DNA of 64,000 nt. It comes from Lama guanicoe. Taxonomy: Eukaryota. Of this stretch, positions 36,071-49,329 are shown piece by piece. Made by a program: the position numbers and the translations under genes. The notes under the pieces are model-generated. The model did not search any database, was not told the origin of the DNA, and was given only the letters and a program-made list of their open reading frames with translations. The stretch covers positions 197,015 through 261,014 of the forward strand of contig MU054049.1 in assembly GCA_013239625.1 (NCBI GenBank), given 5' to 3'. The stretch's first letter is position 1. Each line of letters starts with the position of its first letter.

Positions 36071-37159
36071 GGCACACCATCTAACCATCCTGTTCAGAGG
36101 AGACGATGTGCAAGATGCCCACTGAAAAGGCAGGAGGAAAAGAGAACTGATGTAAGGTTATTCGTAGGCCAATGTTTTGAGATATTTAGACATGTTTTCA
36201 CCCAGCCTTTATGGACTCAGAAAACGGTCATGGATGTAAAATCCAAGAAGAAGGAAAAGAGTCAGCTCTTGGCTTTCGAATTTCAAAATAAATTTATGAA
36301 GTTCATGAAAGTGACACTAGGGTAATTTTTTTAAAAATATTTTTAGACGTATATGTAAAATATTGAGACTGTAGAGCCATATTCACAAACAAGATAAGCA
36401 TCTCCATGAACCAAAAGCAGGATGGGAACCCACATGACCAGGGTGGAAGATGCAGAAACAAATGCTGGTACCACAAAGCCAACTGCCACTGAGGAGTGGT
36501 CTGGAGTCAGGGCCTTGTGTGAAGCGCATAAGGAGGTTGGGCTCCTGAGCACAGGGACATGGGATCAAACCTGAAATAACTGCCTGTGACTACAGACAGA
36601 GATGCATGTTTCCCTGGGTGGCAAGAGGGGACAGAGGCAGCCATGCACTGGCCTGGGACAGGATCAGCAATATCCCTGTGGGCACGAATCCCGGACCATC
36701 AGTAAAAGATCTGAAGTGATGTAGAAGACCCAGCAGCTGGCTGAAGTCCACTGTGAACCTGCCAGAAAGGAGGAGTGAATAGAGGAAGAAGAAAAAGCAG
36801 GTAAAATGAGAAATGATACCACTTCATATGTGCACTGGGAAATTAACACCACATGGGGAAGGCTGCCACTTTAAAAGTCAGCCCAAAGAAGCAAAGCAAC
36901 AGGAAGGATTCACTCCAAAGCAAATGGAGATAATATAGACAAACCCATTCATTGACCAAACAAACAAATGTGTCGGGCAGCATTTTTTTCACTGGCCACT
37001 GGTCTAGGTGCTGATGGTGCATCAAACAACAGGAAAAAGATCTCTGCCCTGGATTGGGGCAGGGAGACAGGCAAAGTCATTTATATAGTATGTCAGAAGT
37101 TAAGTTCCACAGGAAAAAAAAAATGGAACAAAGTAAAGTGGATCAAGAATGTGGGTTGT

Positions 37160-39620
37160 AATTTAAATTGAACTTGAAAATAAAAAATTTTAACATTTTT
37201 CCAAGAGATAATAAAAGAAAAACTATCAAGCAAAAGAAAGTGGTTACAAAATAAAAATAAGTATGCACCAAGCAAAAACAAGTGAATGTTCAATTTTTAA
37301 AAAGTGAATGTATGAAAGAAATTAATTAGAAATCTATGAAATGAAATAAATGATTCTTAACATTAAAAAAACCAAATGTCAATCAATGGGATAAAAAACA
37401 AACTGGATACAGGAAAAGACAAAATTAACAAAATGGAAGATAGAATTGTGAAGTTTATGAGGGGTGCCACACAAAAATATACAGCAATGGGAAAGACTAG
37501 CAAAAACTGAAAAGTTGAATAAAGCCAAATGTTGATGGAGATATAAGGATACAGAAACCTCATATATAGCTAGTGGTAGTGTAAGCCATCAAAACTATTC
37601 CAAAAGGCAATCTTACACTAATTAAATTAGGTGTGTTCCTGAAGATAGGTAGATGATATAGATGGACAGAAGATAGCTAGCTAGATAGATAGATAGGTTT
37701 ATAACAGTAGAGATAGGGATATCATGCAGAAATTTTAGCATAGGCCTATAGGAGTACAAATACAAATAGATTTAGTCTGCAGCATCAGGGAATTAGAAGC
37801 AACTGGCTGCTATCCCTCGAAAGTGAATTGGTAACATTTGGTCACAGCAAGGACTATTATGCAGCAATGGAAGGAGTGAACTTTAAGTACACACAACATG
37901 GATGGCTCTTACAAAACACAGTGCTTATTTTTAAAAAAGTAAAAATATAGATGATTTAGATAACACAAAATTATTTCCGTAAGTTTAAAATGCATTCTCA
38001 GAAATCAATACACATTTTTAAGATCACAGAGGAGCAAAAAGATACACATTACACAGACTGGAGTGGCACCTCTTATATGGGAGTGGGGGAAGGAAATAGA
38101 TTATGGTAAAAGAAAATAAATACATGGATTAAACAAGAGAGGGACATTGAATGGACCAGATGCCATGAAACAAAGTGTGTGATTAACTCAACCCTGTGTC
38201 TGAGCTCCATAAAAAGAAAAAACGTAACAGAAAGCATGGATATTTGAAAGAGAAGTTTATATGAAGGGACAAGGAAAATCTCCAGCATTTATCTAATGTA
38301 AGCTCCAGAAGAAAGGGGTAGAGGGAAAGAAGAGGGGTCAATGTGTGGAGTGACAATGGGTGAAGATTTTCAAGAGTTAACAGAGGTAGGGACCTCCAGA
38401 TTGAAAGCACATACTACGATAAACGGAAATAAATCTCTAGCTGAATACACATTGTAACAAAAAATAAAACATCAAAGATAAAGGTCAAAGCTTAAAGTCT
38501 ACCTAAGGGATTGTCTACAAAGGCAGCATGCCCAGACTGACAGCTGACTTCCAATCAGCCACAATGGAGGCAAGAGGACAATGAAGAGTTGTCTTCAAAG
38601 AAACAGCCTAGAATTCTATACCCTGTTAACTCTCATTACGGCGTTTTTGAAATAATGGCATTTTCTGACATATGAGATTAAGAGAGTTTATCTCTTACTT
38701 ACCCTCACTGAAAGAGCTATTAAAAGATGAGTTTCAACAAGGAGGAAAGTAAATTCACAGGAGTGGGATACAAGAAGAAATGGTAATCAAAATAATTGGT
38801 GAACTGTTGACAGACACAATTAACTCTTGATAGAAGAGGTAAATATGGAACTAAAATTTTACAAGGTAAATGGGTCAGGGATGTTTGGAGAGCATTTGAA
38901 GCATGCTAAAGCAGTGCGTTATTTGAGATGAAAGTAAAGATATTGAATAATTTTAGACATTTTTAGGAAAAAAATGTGATTATTTTTTAAGATAAAAATT
39001 CTAGAGAACACTCTCCCAACAGTAATAGAATCTCTAACTTCCAAAGCAGCCAAGTGAGTAATAGGAAGAGAGCAAACGCTACTAACCCAACGGGAAGCAG
39101 GAAAGGAGAAAACAGTAGCCAAAAAAGCATGATAAATGGAACATAACAATAAATGACAAAAATAAGTTAAAAATAGGAATAATAATGAATGTAAATGAAT
39201 TAAATTCTCCCACTAGAAAATATGGGTGATTAAATCAGATTTTAAAAAATTATAGCATACGCTGTCTACAAAAGATTTACCTAAAACTAAAGACAGAAAG
39301 GTTGGAAATAAAAGTATATGTGAAGGGGAGTCGGGGGAAGGGAGGTAAGAAGTAAGACAAGATAATCTAGGCAAATTCGACTCTATCAAGGGGTTAAGAT
39401 AATGACAAACTTGCAGATACCTAACATTGATAAAATATGTATTAATTGAATATATATATATTTAAATGCATGTTGTGTAAGTACACACCCACACACACAA
39501 TGAATTAAAATGAGAAATTGAAAAACTGATGGCCACAGTGGGGGATTTTTAAAATTTTTTCTAAAAAACTGGTCAAGGTCAAGAAGAAAACAACATTCTT
39601 TGAAGGTCAAGAAGGTAAAC
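37160..39620 (+). mobile_element. old L1 (L1ME-type) fragments
   Basis: A-rich; ORF1-like 'ccagcatttatctaat..ccagaagaaaa','cagactgacagctgactt','cctagaattctataccc'; ORF2 start 'aatgtaaatgaattaaattctccc'. Confidence 0.7.
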
Positions 39621-39709
39621 TCTCTAGCTGGAGGTATGGTGTGCACATAACACTCCAAAAATGCTTTGTAGTTGGACTCTAGACCTGACTTTCTATTGAT
39701 CAGGCTGAC

Positions 39710-40860
39710 ACTTCATTCATCTACTCACCCATTCATGGCAGGAATGATACTGAGTGGTTATTCAGTGCCAGGCACTGGGTCAGGCACTGGGGGTACAGAG
39801 GTGAGCAGGATCCAGTCTCTGTCCTTATAGACCCTCAAACAGACAAATCTGTTAGGGTCAAGGATTGCATTCTGGCAGGCAGAGAATAGGAGATTTATGG
39901 GATCCAGGAAAGCTTCCTGGAGGAAAAGTCAGTTTAGCTGAGCCTTGGAGACAGGTAGGGGTTATCTAGGTGAAGAGGGCAGGTAGAGATAGGGCAGAGG
40001 GATAAACCTGAAGGTAGGAGAGAGCATGGTCTGTCAGGAAATTGGGCTGTATTCCTTGGAACATAGCAGATGGGAGGGGAGGGGAGGAGAGCAGTGGAAG
40101 AGATAGCAACTCAGTCATAAAGAGATGGATTCTCTTGGTAAGGAGTCTGGACTGTACCCTGAAGAAGATGGGCCAAGAGCATGAGATGTAACAAAGCACT
40201 GGGTTTCAGCAAGACCACTTTCTCATCATTGCAGAGGGGGAGGGGCCGGGGCTAGCGAACAGACTTTCCTATGTGATGCTGGCCCCTAGGGTATTGTGTC
40301 ATTCATATAATGACTTGTTCAGTTGTTTATTCTTTTCTTCAAACTTTTCTTAGTACCTACATTATGCTAATATTCTGCTTGCCACCAGGGAAGTGGAGAA
40401 AAATAAGACCTGGTCTGTTTTCTGTGGATTAATAGATATCGATTGGAAAATTGGTACATGAGTAAGTGGTTGCCATTTAATGCAATGAATACTGTCATGG
40501 AACTAGTTGCAATGTTTCTGGGATGATCAAAAGTGAGCTGGTAAATCTACCTGCAGGAACCACAGAAGGCTTCCTTGGGAAGTAGCACCATAAATGCTGA
40601 GTCTTGAAGGATGACAAGGCTCTCGTAGAATGCGGCTGGTGGAGAAACCTTCATGCAAACGCACAAATGCATGAACACATGAAGTTGCGGGTGGGTGACG
40701 AGAGTTAAATGGTGGAGGTGGCAGTATCGTTCCCATTTTTCACAGGTATGGAAATTGAGAGCTGGAAACATTATACTGCTTGTCAAAGGTAATGCAACTT
40801 GTGAAGGCAGAGTCAAGCTCTCCTGACCCCTAAGTTCCTTGCTCTTTTGACTATTCCAGC
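39710..40860 (-). mobile_element. L2 and MIR fragments
   Basis: 'gtgccaggcactgggtcaggcactgggggtacagaggtga','ggaaagcttcctggagga','cccatttttcacaggtatggaaattgag'. Confidence 0.7.
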
Positions 40861-41129
40861 TACATTCATTGCTGTATTCCTTTCATTCAGAGAAATAATG
40901 GTGAAATAGTCTAGTTTCCTGGAGTAATGCATTTGGGGTGTGTGCATGTGCATGTGGGCGTGGGTGTAAATGTGTTGCAAATGACTGTGGTTCTGGGTGC
41001 TCTGTTCGCCAGATATCCATTAGCTGACCTCTAAAACCATGTCTTTGTGGGTGACAGATGTTTGGATTCAATTATGATGAGGGGAAAGTTGCTTTCCCTT
41101 CCAAGGAAAGAAAGCGTTATTTGAGGGTG

Positions 41130-41620
41130 AAAGGCAGCCATGTATAACATTGGTGATGAATATTGTTCATTGTGGAAACGCTCTTCAAAAGTGCCCTGTT
41201 TAAAAGAGGGTAAGGCATTCAGAAGCTTTTAACCCACTAGATTTAATTGCAACTGAGTGCCAAGATAAACCCCCTGTTAACAAACCTCCAACTTTCTGCT
41301 GACTTCTCTCGCACATGCCCCAGCTGTGAGTGGAGAGTGGAAGTCAGATGCTTGGATTACTTGCAGAGCATATAAAGAATTCACATGTGAGACTCCAGCT
41401 GCTGTGCAAACAGGAAAGTGTCCTTTCATGAAAAGGATGTCCAGGCAGGGGGAGGAAGGGAAACCTAGCACTGCAGTGTTATCCATTGACTCTTTTTTTT
41501 TTGCATGTAATAGAGACTTAGTTAAATAACCACCAGTCACTGAACTGAATATGAATAATTTGCAGCTCACCTAAGGTCCATGAAGGGTAAATATTTTTCA
41601 TTAAGCATCTAGGACAATGT
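41130..41620 (+). pseudogene. decayed EWI-like domain 1
   Basis: LQKCPV*KRV (VQKGPLYR); TFC*LLS; LGLLA; RKGNLAL; VLSIDS..RDLVK*. Confidence 0.4.
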
Positions 41621-42519
41621 TTTCACTGGTGTTCCAAAGTTGTCCCAAAGGGCTTGACTTTAGTTCAACTTTTAGTAAAGCACACTTTGTTCATTTTAAG
41701 AGATATTCAGCAACTTTTAATATGTGCCAGGCACTCTGAGTTGCCCAGTGATCTTCCTCAGAGAGAATTACAAGGAATCAGGACAGGAAAATCTAGCATA
41801 AACTATTTTCCTGTCAGTCTTGATGAATTCATCAAGTGTCTCTTTAAGAACTAAAAGATGATTGAAAAAGTAGAGTGGGAAATCCATTGTCACTGTCCAG
41901 CCTGTGGCTCTCCATGCTCCCCGGTAGCTACAAACACATGCTGATATGTTTAGGGTGGCATTTAGAATGATATCAGAGGTGGTCCACCTCTAGATCCTTG
42001 TCCTGCTTCATCTCTACCCTCACCTGTATCATCTTCCAACCCTCCAAATACATGCAATGTCTTGGTTCAATTCATTCCCCGTCTATATACATTTGTATTT
42101 GTCTTCTTAAATGAGGCATCCTTCAAGGCACACAACAATGTGACTTTCGTCTGTTGCCTTCCCAGTACCGAGCATAGATGGAAGATCAGTAAATATCAGT
42201 TGAAGGAATGAATGTTCATATTTATATTCTGTGGTTCTAGGGCCATTATAATATCCAAAGAGTAAATTTCAACCATAAAATGTTTTACATTCAAAGCCTG
42301 TATCTTTATCACGAAGCAAACACACATGTCTTTGTCACCTACTATATGCCAAGCACTTTGCACACATTCATTTAATCCTCCTAATGATTGTGTGTAGTGG
42401 GTGTTCTGTCTCCACCATACAGATGAAACTTAAGGAAGTTAACTTGATCAGGATTACCCAACATAAAATGGTGAAGTAGAGAGTTGATCTGAGGTCCGTC
42501 TGCTGCCTCAACTCTGTAT

Positions 42520-42870
42520 CTGCCAGAGGAGGCTGAGATACTAGGTAATGCTCCTTCCCTGGGGTCTCTCTGCCCTCTGGGAGCAGAAGGGACCCACTGT
42601 TCTGCCAGTGTTGATAGCACTACTTTGATCAAGGATGATCACACCAAGTGTGCATTGTTCAGTGCATTTGCTGCTGTGGCTGAGACGACATATTCCAGGA
42701 GGCTGTAGGAAGAGTTTGGCTCAGCAGTGTTTTCAACGCTTCTCTGATTTGGGCAGTCATGAGGGATAAATTATACCCAGATGCTCTGCTGGCTCTCTTG
42801 GGCACCTTGGGCTGCTCTTAGGAGGTCATCTTGAGTCATCACATAGACCCAAACAATCCAGCCCACTGCA
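42520..42870 (+). pseudogene. possible EWI-like domain fragment
   Basis: PVLIA/FDQG; TYSRRL; SDLGSHEG; TIQP. Confidence 0.3.
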
Positions 42871-43809
42871 ACCAGATGCCTACACTTCCCTGCAGTGTCT
42901 GCAGCATCACTCTCTCCTGGTTCTCATCTCACTGCTCTGGCTGTTGCTTCTCATTCTCCTTTACTGATTTTTCTTATTCTGCCCATATCTTGATTCTTGG
43001 TCTTCCCAAGGACTCTATGTACTCAATGCTCTAAGTGCTGGGATACAAAGACAAATTGTATACTGTTTCTACTTTCAAAGAGCTTGTGGACCTGTTATGT
43101 GACTGTCCTAAGAGCTCTGGTAGGAACTACGTGGGTTGCAGCTGGGACGCGGAGGACAGTGATAACATGTCCCTGGAATATTTTCTTTGGAGCAAGAAGG
43201 GAACTGTGGAACTGCATAATAAGAGATGAGTAATAGGAGAAGAGTTAAAGTTTTGCCAGGGGTGGGTCATGGGTAAGCAGAGGGCGCTCAACACAGGTGG
43301 AGGCAGCATAAAGGAACATGTATATGTCTGAATTGTTAGGCAGGTTAGAGGAACTGTGCATAGCTCTAGGTGCTGGGGGCACCGGTTGCGAAGTGGGGCA
43401 ATAGAATAAGGTGGGAGAAGCCTTGTCTCGATTTAGAAGGTCCAAAGGAGCATCATCTTTCCCTTGAAGTCATTGGAGACCCACTGAAGGAATTTTAAAA
43501 GAAGGGGGGAGCTGATCATATTTGCATTTTAGGAGTATTACTTATGATGTGAAGAGTATGTGCCTAGTGGACTTGGGTGATGATGGAAAGAGGACGCCCA
43601 AGAATGGAAGAAGGAAGACCCATGAGGAGTCTATTGTTTCTGTCCAGGGGAAAGACGAGGACACCTTGAACCAAAAAGGACCAGTGGAGTAGAATCCACA
43701 GGGCTTTGTCTGAATTGAGTGGAACTATGAAGTGAATGAGAGAAAGAAGTTTAGTTCACTATTCCACTACCTATTTCTGGCTTGGACATCTGAAAGAAAG
43801 ATAGTAAGT

Positions 43810-45110
43810 TTTTTTTTTAAAATAAACTTTTAAATTTTAGATTATTTTTAGATTTATAGTAAAGGTTCAAATACAGTACAGTTCTTATCCACACCCAGTT
43901 TCCCACATTTATCAGGTGCTAATGAGCCAATATTGCTACCTTATTTTAAACTAAATTCCATGATTTATTTGGATTTTCTTAGTTTTTAACTTAATGTCCC
44001 TTTTCTGTGCCAGGATTCCACCCAGGATACATTACATTTAGCTGGCATGCCTCTTTAAGTTCCTCTTGACTTGGCTGGGAATGTTTCTCAGACTTGCCTT
44101 GTTTTTGATGACCATGACAATCCTGAAGAGTAACTGGCTGGTTATTTGTTTATTTTTCCTTTTAGTTCTATGATTTTTTTTTTACTTCGATATTATGTTG
44201 CTTTGTTGTTTAGTCCTTATACATTTAAGATTGCTATCTTCTTAGAGGACTGGCCCCTTTTATCATTATATAATGTCCCTCTCCAACTCTAAAAATTTTG
44301 TTAGCTGTGAAGTCTACTTTATCTGATCTTAATATAGCCTCTGTGAACTTTGTTTTGATTAATGTTTGCATGATATATCTTTTTTCCATCCTTTTACTTT
44401 CAAGCTGCCTAGTTTATAGTATTGAGAGCAAGGTTGTTGTAAACAGCATATGGTTGAGTCATGTTTTTTTATTCCACTTTTCTAACATCTATTTTTAGTT
44501 GGTGCATTTGGACTCATTTACATTTAATATAATGATTGATGTATTAGGGCTCTACATTTGTCTTTTTATTTTTTGTTTTCTATTTGTTCTCTCTGCTCTT
44601 CAATTCTGCTTTCTTTTTTTCCTGCCTACCTATGGGTTACTTAAGCACTTTTTATATTTTCATTTTGATTTATCTATAATTTTTGGTGCATTTTTTTGTA
44701 TAACTTTTTCAGAGGTGGCTCTAGGTATTCATATATATTTTTTCTTTTCCTCTTGAATTGTCTAAAGTACTTTGGTAGATTGAAGCAAAAATTGTAACAC
44801 TGTCTGATGTGGTTCTAAATGTTCACTGAGCTTCCTAGATCTGTGGTCTAGTGTCTGTAATTAATTTTGGAATGTTCTCAGCTATTATTACTTCAAGTAT
44901 TTCTTCTGCCTCATTCAGCTTTTTCTTCTCCTTTTGATATGCCAATTATGGATTTTTACACCTTTTGATATCATTCCACCTTTATTGAGCATTCTTTTTT
45001 TTTCTCCTTTTAAACATTTCTTTGTGTTTAAATTTAAGAATTTTCTCCTGACCAATCTTTAAACTCCCTGATCCTTTCCTGAGCCATGCCAAGTTTAATG
45101 TTAAGCCCAT
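43810..45110 (-). mobile_element. old L1 (L1MC-type) fragments
   Basis: T-rich; 'gtgccaggattccacccaggatacattacattta','tttacatttaatataatgattgat','cactgagcttcctagatctgtgg'. Confidence 0.75.
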
Positions 45111-45182
45111 CAAAACCCAGAGAGAGATGCTGCGAAACTAAAAGAGAAGTCATTACAAGAACAGTGTGCCAAACAGGATTGG

Positions 45183-45599
45183 TGTACTGGTCAAGGTTCT
45201 CCAGAGACACAGGACCAACAGGATTTATTTATTTACTTATTTATTATGAGGAATTGGCTCATGCAATTATGGCAGCTGAGAAGTTTGATCTGCAGTCTGA
45301 AGGCCTGAGAACCACAAAGCTGATGGTGTAAATTCCAGTCCAATGTCCCAGCTTGGAGACAGTCCATAAGGCAGAGAGACTGAATTCTTTCTTGCTCAGT
45401 CTTCTGTTCTAGTCGGCCCTTCAGTGGACTTGATGAGGTCCCCTCACGATGGGGAGGAAAATCTGCTTTACTCGGTCTACTGATTCACATGTTAATCTCA
45501 TCCAGAAATGCCCTCACAGACACACCTAGAATAATATTTAGCCAAATATCTGGGCACCCCCTGGCCAAGTCAAATTGATACACAAAATTAACCATCACA
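45183..45599 (-). mobile_element. MLT2 (ERVL) solo LTR
   Basis: tgtactggtcaaggttctccagagacacagg...aaaattaaccatcaca; flanks attgg / gttgg. Confidence 0.9.
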
Positions 45600-45812
45600 G
45601 TTGGATACCACAGAGGGGCCACGTAAGGCGGGAACTGAACAGAACCATTTGGATTTGACGTGAGCTAGTCACTGAGTTCTCCCAGAGCAATTTCTGTAAC
45701 ACCATAGGGTGAAAAAAAAGCTAATTGTTGTGGCTTGAAGACTGAAAAGAGAAAGGCATTATTATTTCCATTTTGCAGACTAGAAAACTGAGGTTTCAGA
45801 CAATTATTAAAT

Positions 45813-47103
45813 TTTTTTTTACATTTTTTATTGATTCATAATCATTTTACAGTGTGTCAAATTCCAGTGTTCAGCACAATTTTTCAGTCATTCATGGACA
45901 TATACACACTCATTGTCACATTTTTTCTCTGTGATTTATCATAACATTTTGTGTATATTTCCCTGTGCTATACAGTGTAATCTTGTTTATCTATTCTACA
46001 ATTTTGAAATCCCAGTCTATCCCTTCCCACCCTCTACCCCCCTGGTAACCACAAGTCTGTATTCTCTGTCCATGAGTCTATTTCTGTCCTGTATTTATGC
46101 TTTGTTTTTGTTTGTTTGTTTGTTTTTGTTTTTTAGATTCCACATATGAGCGATCTCATATGGTATTTTTCTTTCTCTTTCTGTCTTACTTCACTTAGAA
46201 TGACATTCTCTATGAGCATCCATGTTGCTGCAAATGGCATTATGTTGTCGGGTTTTATGGCTGAGTAGTATTCCATTGTATAAATATACCACTTCTTCTT
46301 TATCCAGTCACCTGTTGATGGACATTTAGGTTGTTTCCATGTTTTGGCTATTGTAAATAGTGCTGCTATGAACATTGGGGTGCAGGTGTCATCCTGAAGT
46401 AGATTTCCTTCTGGATACAAGCCCAGGAGTGGGATTCCTGGGTCATATGGTAAGTCTATTCCTAGTCTTTTGAGGAATCTCCACACTGTTTTCCATAGTG
46501 GCTGCACCAAACTGCATTCCCACCAGCAGTGTAGGAGGGTTCCCCTTTCTCCACAGCCTCTCCAGCATTTGTCATTTGTGGATTTTTGAATGACGGCCAT
46601 TCTGACTGGTGTGAGGTGATACCTCATTGTAGTTTTGATTTGCATTTCTCTGATAATTAGTGATATTGAGCATTTTTTCATGTGCTTTTTGATCATTTGT
46701 ATGTCTTCCTTGGAGAATTGCTTGTTTAGGTCTTCTGCCCATTTTTGGATTGGGTTGTTTATTTTTTTCTTATTGAGTCGTATGAGCTGCTTATATATTT
46801 TGGAGATCAAGCCTTTGTCGGTTTCACTTGCAAAAATTTTCTCCCATTCCGTAGGTTTTCTTCTTGTTTTATTTCTGGTTTCCTTTGCTCTGCAGAAGCT
46901 TGTAAGTTTCATTAGGTCCCATTTGTTTATTCTTGCTTTTATTTCTTCTAGGAGAAAATTTTTGAAATGTATGTCAGATAATGTTTTGCCTATGTTTTCC
47001 TCTAGGAGGTTTATTGTATCTTGTCTTATGTTTAAATCTTTAATCCATTTTGAGTTGATTTTTGTATATGGTGTAAGAGTGTGTTCTAGCTTCATTGTTT
47101 TAG
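45813..47103 (-). mobile_element. young 5'-truncated L1 inserted in a MIR; ORF2 C-terminus open (46133-47095, 320 aa)
   Basis: [41 protein letters not shown] motifs; 14-bp TSD gacaattattaaat (45799-45812 / 47104-47117). Confidence 0.97.
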
Positions 47104-47263
47104 GACAATTATTAAATATTACCTAGATGATGTATCCAACGTCATTCAGCTGGTAAAATGACATCAGGAGAATAAATTCAGATCTTCTAAAGCTAAGCCC
47201 AGGCTTTTTGCCTTGCAGAATAGGAAGAGAAGGAAAGGAACATTAGATGTGGTAGACCCTTAC

Positions 47264-47387
47264 TAGGGTGGCCAGGATTCCAGAAGAATTCCCCTTTATG
47301 CCTATTACTCCGACATATCTATTAATTGCGCTCCCTTTTGCTTTCAAAAGTATTCCATGTTGAATGAGAAATTATATGGTCACACTC
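47264..47387 (-). mobile_element. hAT-Blackjack MITE (MER94-like)
   Basis: termini tagggtggcca / atatggtcacact; 'tattaattgcgctcccttttgctttcaaaagt'. Confidence 0.7.
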
Positions 47388-47399
47388 TTCTCCCATTTC

Positions 47400-47983
47400 C
47401 CAATTTGACCTCCAGCAATGCATTATCTGAGCATCATTGCAGCTGTGCCGAGCAATGCGTAATCTGAGCATCATTGACGGCTGTTGCAGCTGTCATTGGG
47501 CAGCTCATAAGCATTTATGAGAACACAGCTCAGAGCAGACCACCCCACCTGACCGCTCCAAAGCCTCTCTTGAATGCCTGAGCACCTGAGCACACTGTGT
47601 TCGAGGGAGGACCCTTCTCTAGAAGGTGACTTCATGCCCATGGAAGATTTCTTAAAAGATTGGATGGGTAGAAAGTAGCCTCACATTTTGGTGTACATGG
47701 AACAAGACACCTTATGAAAGCCAGCGTGGATGGGAGCATATCACCCACTGGGAACTGTGTGAGGCTCTCAGCCTTGGACGTCACCACTGCCCACTGGATG
47801 AGGACATGGGGACATGGTCACTTACCCAGGTCAGACATGAGGGATGGCAGTGCTAGGCTGTGAACTCAGACCCTTCAACTTGTAAGTGACACTCTCCTGG
47901 GTAACTCATGCTGCTTCCCAGGAAAGGATCGGAACTCCAGGGGGTGCCTGAGAGGCAGTGACAGGTTTATGAGTGTCTTCAGC

Positions 47984-48026
<43 letters not shown>

Positions 48027-48500
48027 TGCACTTTGGTGTGAATATGTCCCCAGATCCCAGAACCTTTCCTCATTTCAAAAGCCCCAGCACACAATCAGCA
48101 CATTCAAAGAGAGAGCAAGTTTTAGGTTCCCGCAGGGACTTCAAAGGGTTTTACAAAAGTTCTGTTATTTGGTTTATAGGCCTCCAAGGCTTCATGTGTT
48201 TTTGGGTTTTTCGCACCCAGTGGTGGAGAATGTAATTAAACGTGGACATTAAAATGTCAGGTAGTAATTAGCAAAGAAAAAGGGTTTGTGCTGCCTGCCG
48301 GGGGTCCTCCTCCTTCAGGCCGGCCGGAGTGAGTGGGGCACGGCCCACGGGAGATCAGGCAAGGCCGAGGACTTCCAGAGCATACCGCCCCAGTCCCCAA
48401 GGAGGGGCCGTCAGGACCCACAGGGCTGGGGCCAAAAGATCTTCTATTCCTGCTTGAGGCTGGTTGTTACCAAGCGCTTGCGCTGCGTGGGACCTCGGCC
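47400..48500 (+). pseudogene. two to three decayed EWI-like domains
   Basis: YLSIIAAVPSNA; TVFEGGPFSRR*..SHFGV-W..RHLMKASVDGSISP; HFGVN..EQVLGSRRDF (IGSF8 QEVVGIRSD); VISKE..VSGARPTGDQ..RQDPQGW (EWIQDPDGSW). Confidence 0.6.
47987..48024. repeat. (TG)n microsatellite
   Basis: pure tg run. Confidence 0.95.
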
Positions 48501-48559
48501 GGACCCTGACACATGAAGTCCCCAGGCTGGTTCCTGCTCTTAGGGGCTCAACTCAATAA

Positions 48560-48665
48560 GGTCTCCTCAGGCCTCCTGTGAGCCTCACCAGACCTCTCTA
48601 GGGCCTCCCCAGGGTCCCACCAGGGTCTCCCCAGACTTCACCAGTCCTCCCCAGGGCCTCACTGC
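48560..48665. repeat. degenerate minisatellite, about 11-bp unit (agggcctcccc-like)
   Basis: ggtctcctcag / gcctcaccag / gggcctccccag / ggtctccccag / gtcctccccag repeats. Confidence 0.55.
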
Positions 48666-49329
48666 CTCTTCAGCTTCCACTCCTGCAGCCCCTCAGGGGC
48701 AGTGCCGCAGCCTGTCTGCATGGTCTGCTCCTCCAGGCCCACATGCCTTCCCTCCTCACAGGTTTGGCCTTTGCAGCCCTTTCTGCCTTGAAGACCCTTC
48801 CAGACTCTCTACCTGACCAACTCCTACTGATTTCTTCAGGATTCAGCTTGAGTCACCTGCTTGGAGACCCATTCTCTGATGTTCAGTCATCATTAAGCGC
48901 CCCCGTCCACCCACCCATCCCCCATCTTTTTCTTTCTTCTCTTCCTTCCCTACACTTATCAATTTGTTAAGCTCTTTTTTTCTGAGTGGGTTTACCTTCA
49001 ACATCCCCTCCCGCCCTGCTGCCACCCTCTCGAGGGCGGGGCCCATGGATGAATCGGAGCAGGATGGTTCCTGCTGTCTGGACAGTTGCAGGCCTGACTC
49101 TTAGGTTTGCCGAGCCCTGAACAGGCCGCGGCTCAGTCACGCCAGGCAGACGGCAGCAGGGCGCTGGGTTCTGCCTGGCCTCTCTGCCCCTGCTGCCCTC
49201 CTGTGGGCTGGCCGTGACCCAGACCTCTGCACTCCCTGCTGGGGTGGAGCCACAGCCGCCTCTCCCTTCCCCACTCCAAGCCTCTTCTCCACCCCCTGGA
49301 AGAGCTCCCCAGGGCTGCCAAGGCCATCT

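Larger units (their letters stand above)
32841..36930 (+). pseudogene. decayed PTGFRN-like copy with six or more domains
   Basis: acceptor ttcccctcag|GT; GMEGPEH*QS.F..VPEHP; IER**WNS; TLSQGRGAP.GLSLDC.HAS..LEFIW; GDLGGLS*; MSREHAE-RTESSDAGACC; KGRLRILSPS; EIWLQDNVGS; ELM/CKV..QKTVMDV; NAGT..TEEWSGVRALCEA (PTGFRN DAGLY..AWSPVRGSLWREA); PWVARGD (PSVIRGD). Confidence 0.65.

Noticed and set aside
46133..47095. Functional CDS
   Set aside because: 5'-truncated L1 ORF2 without promoter or RT; same reasoning for the Tigger1 ORF at 30292-30615
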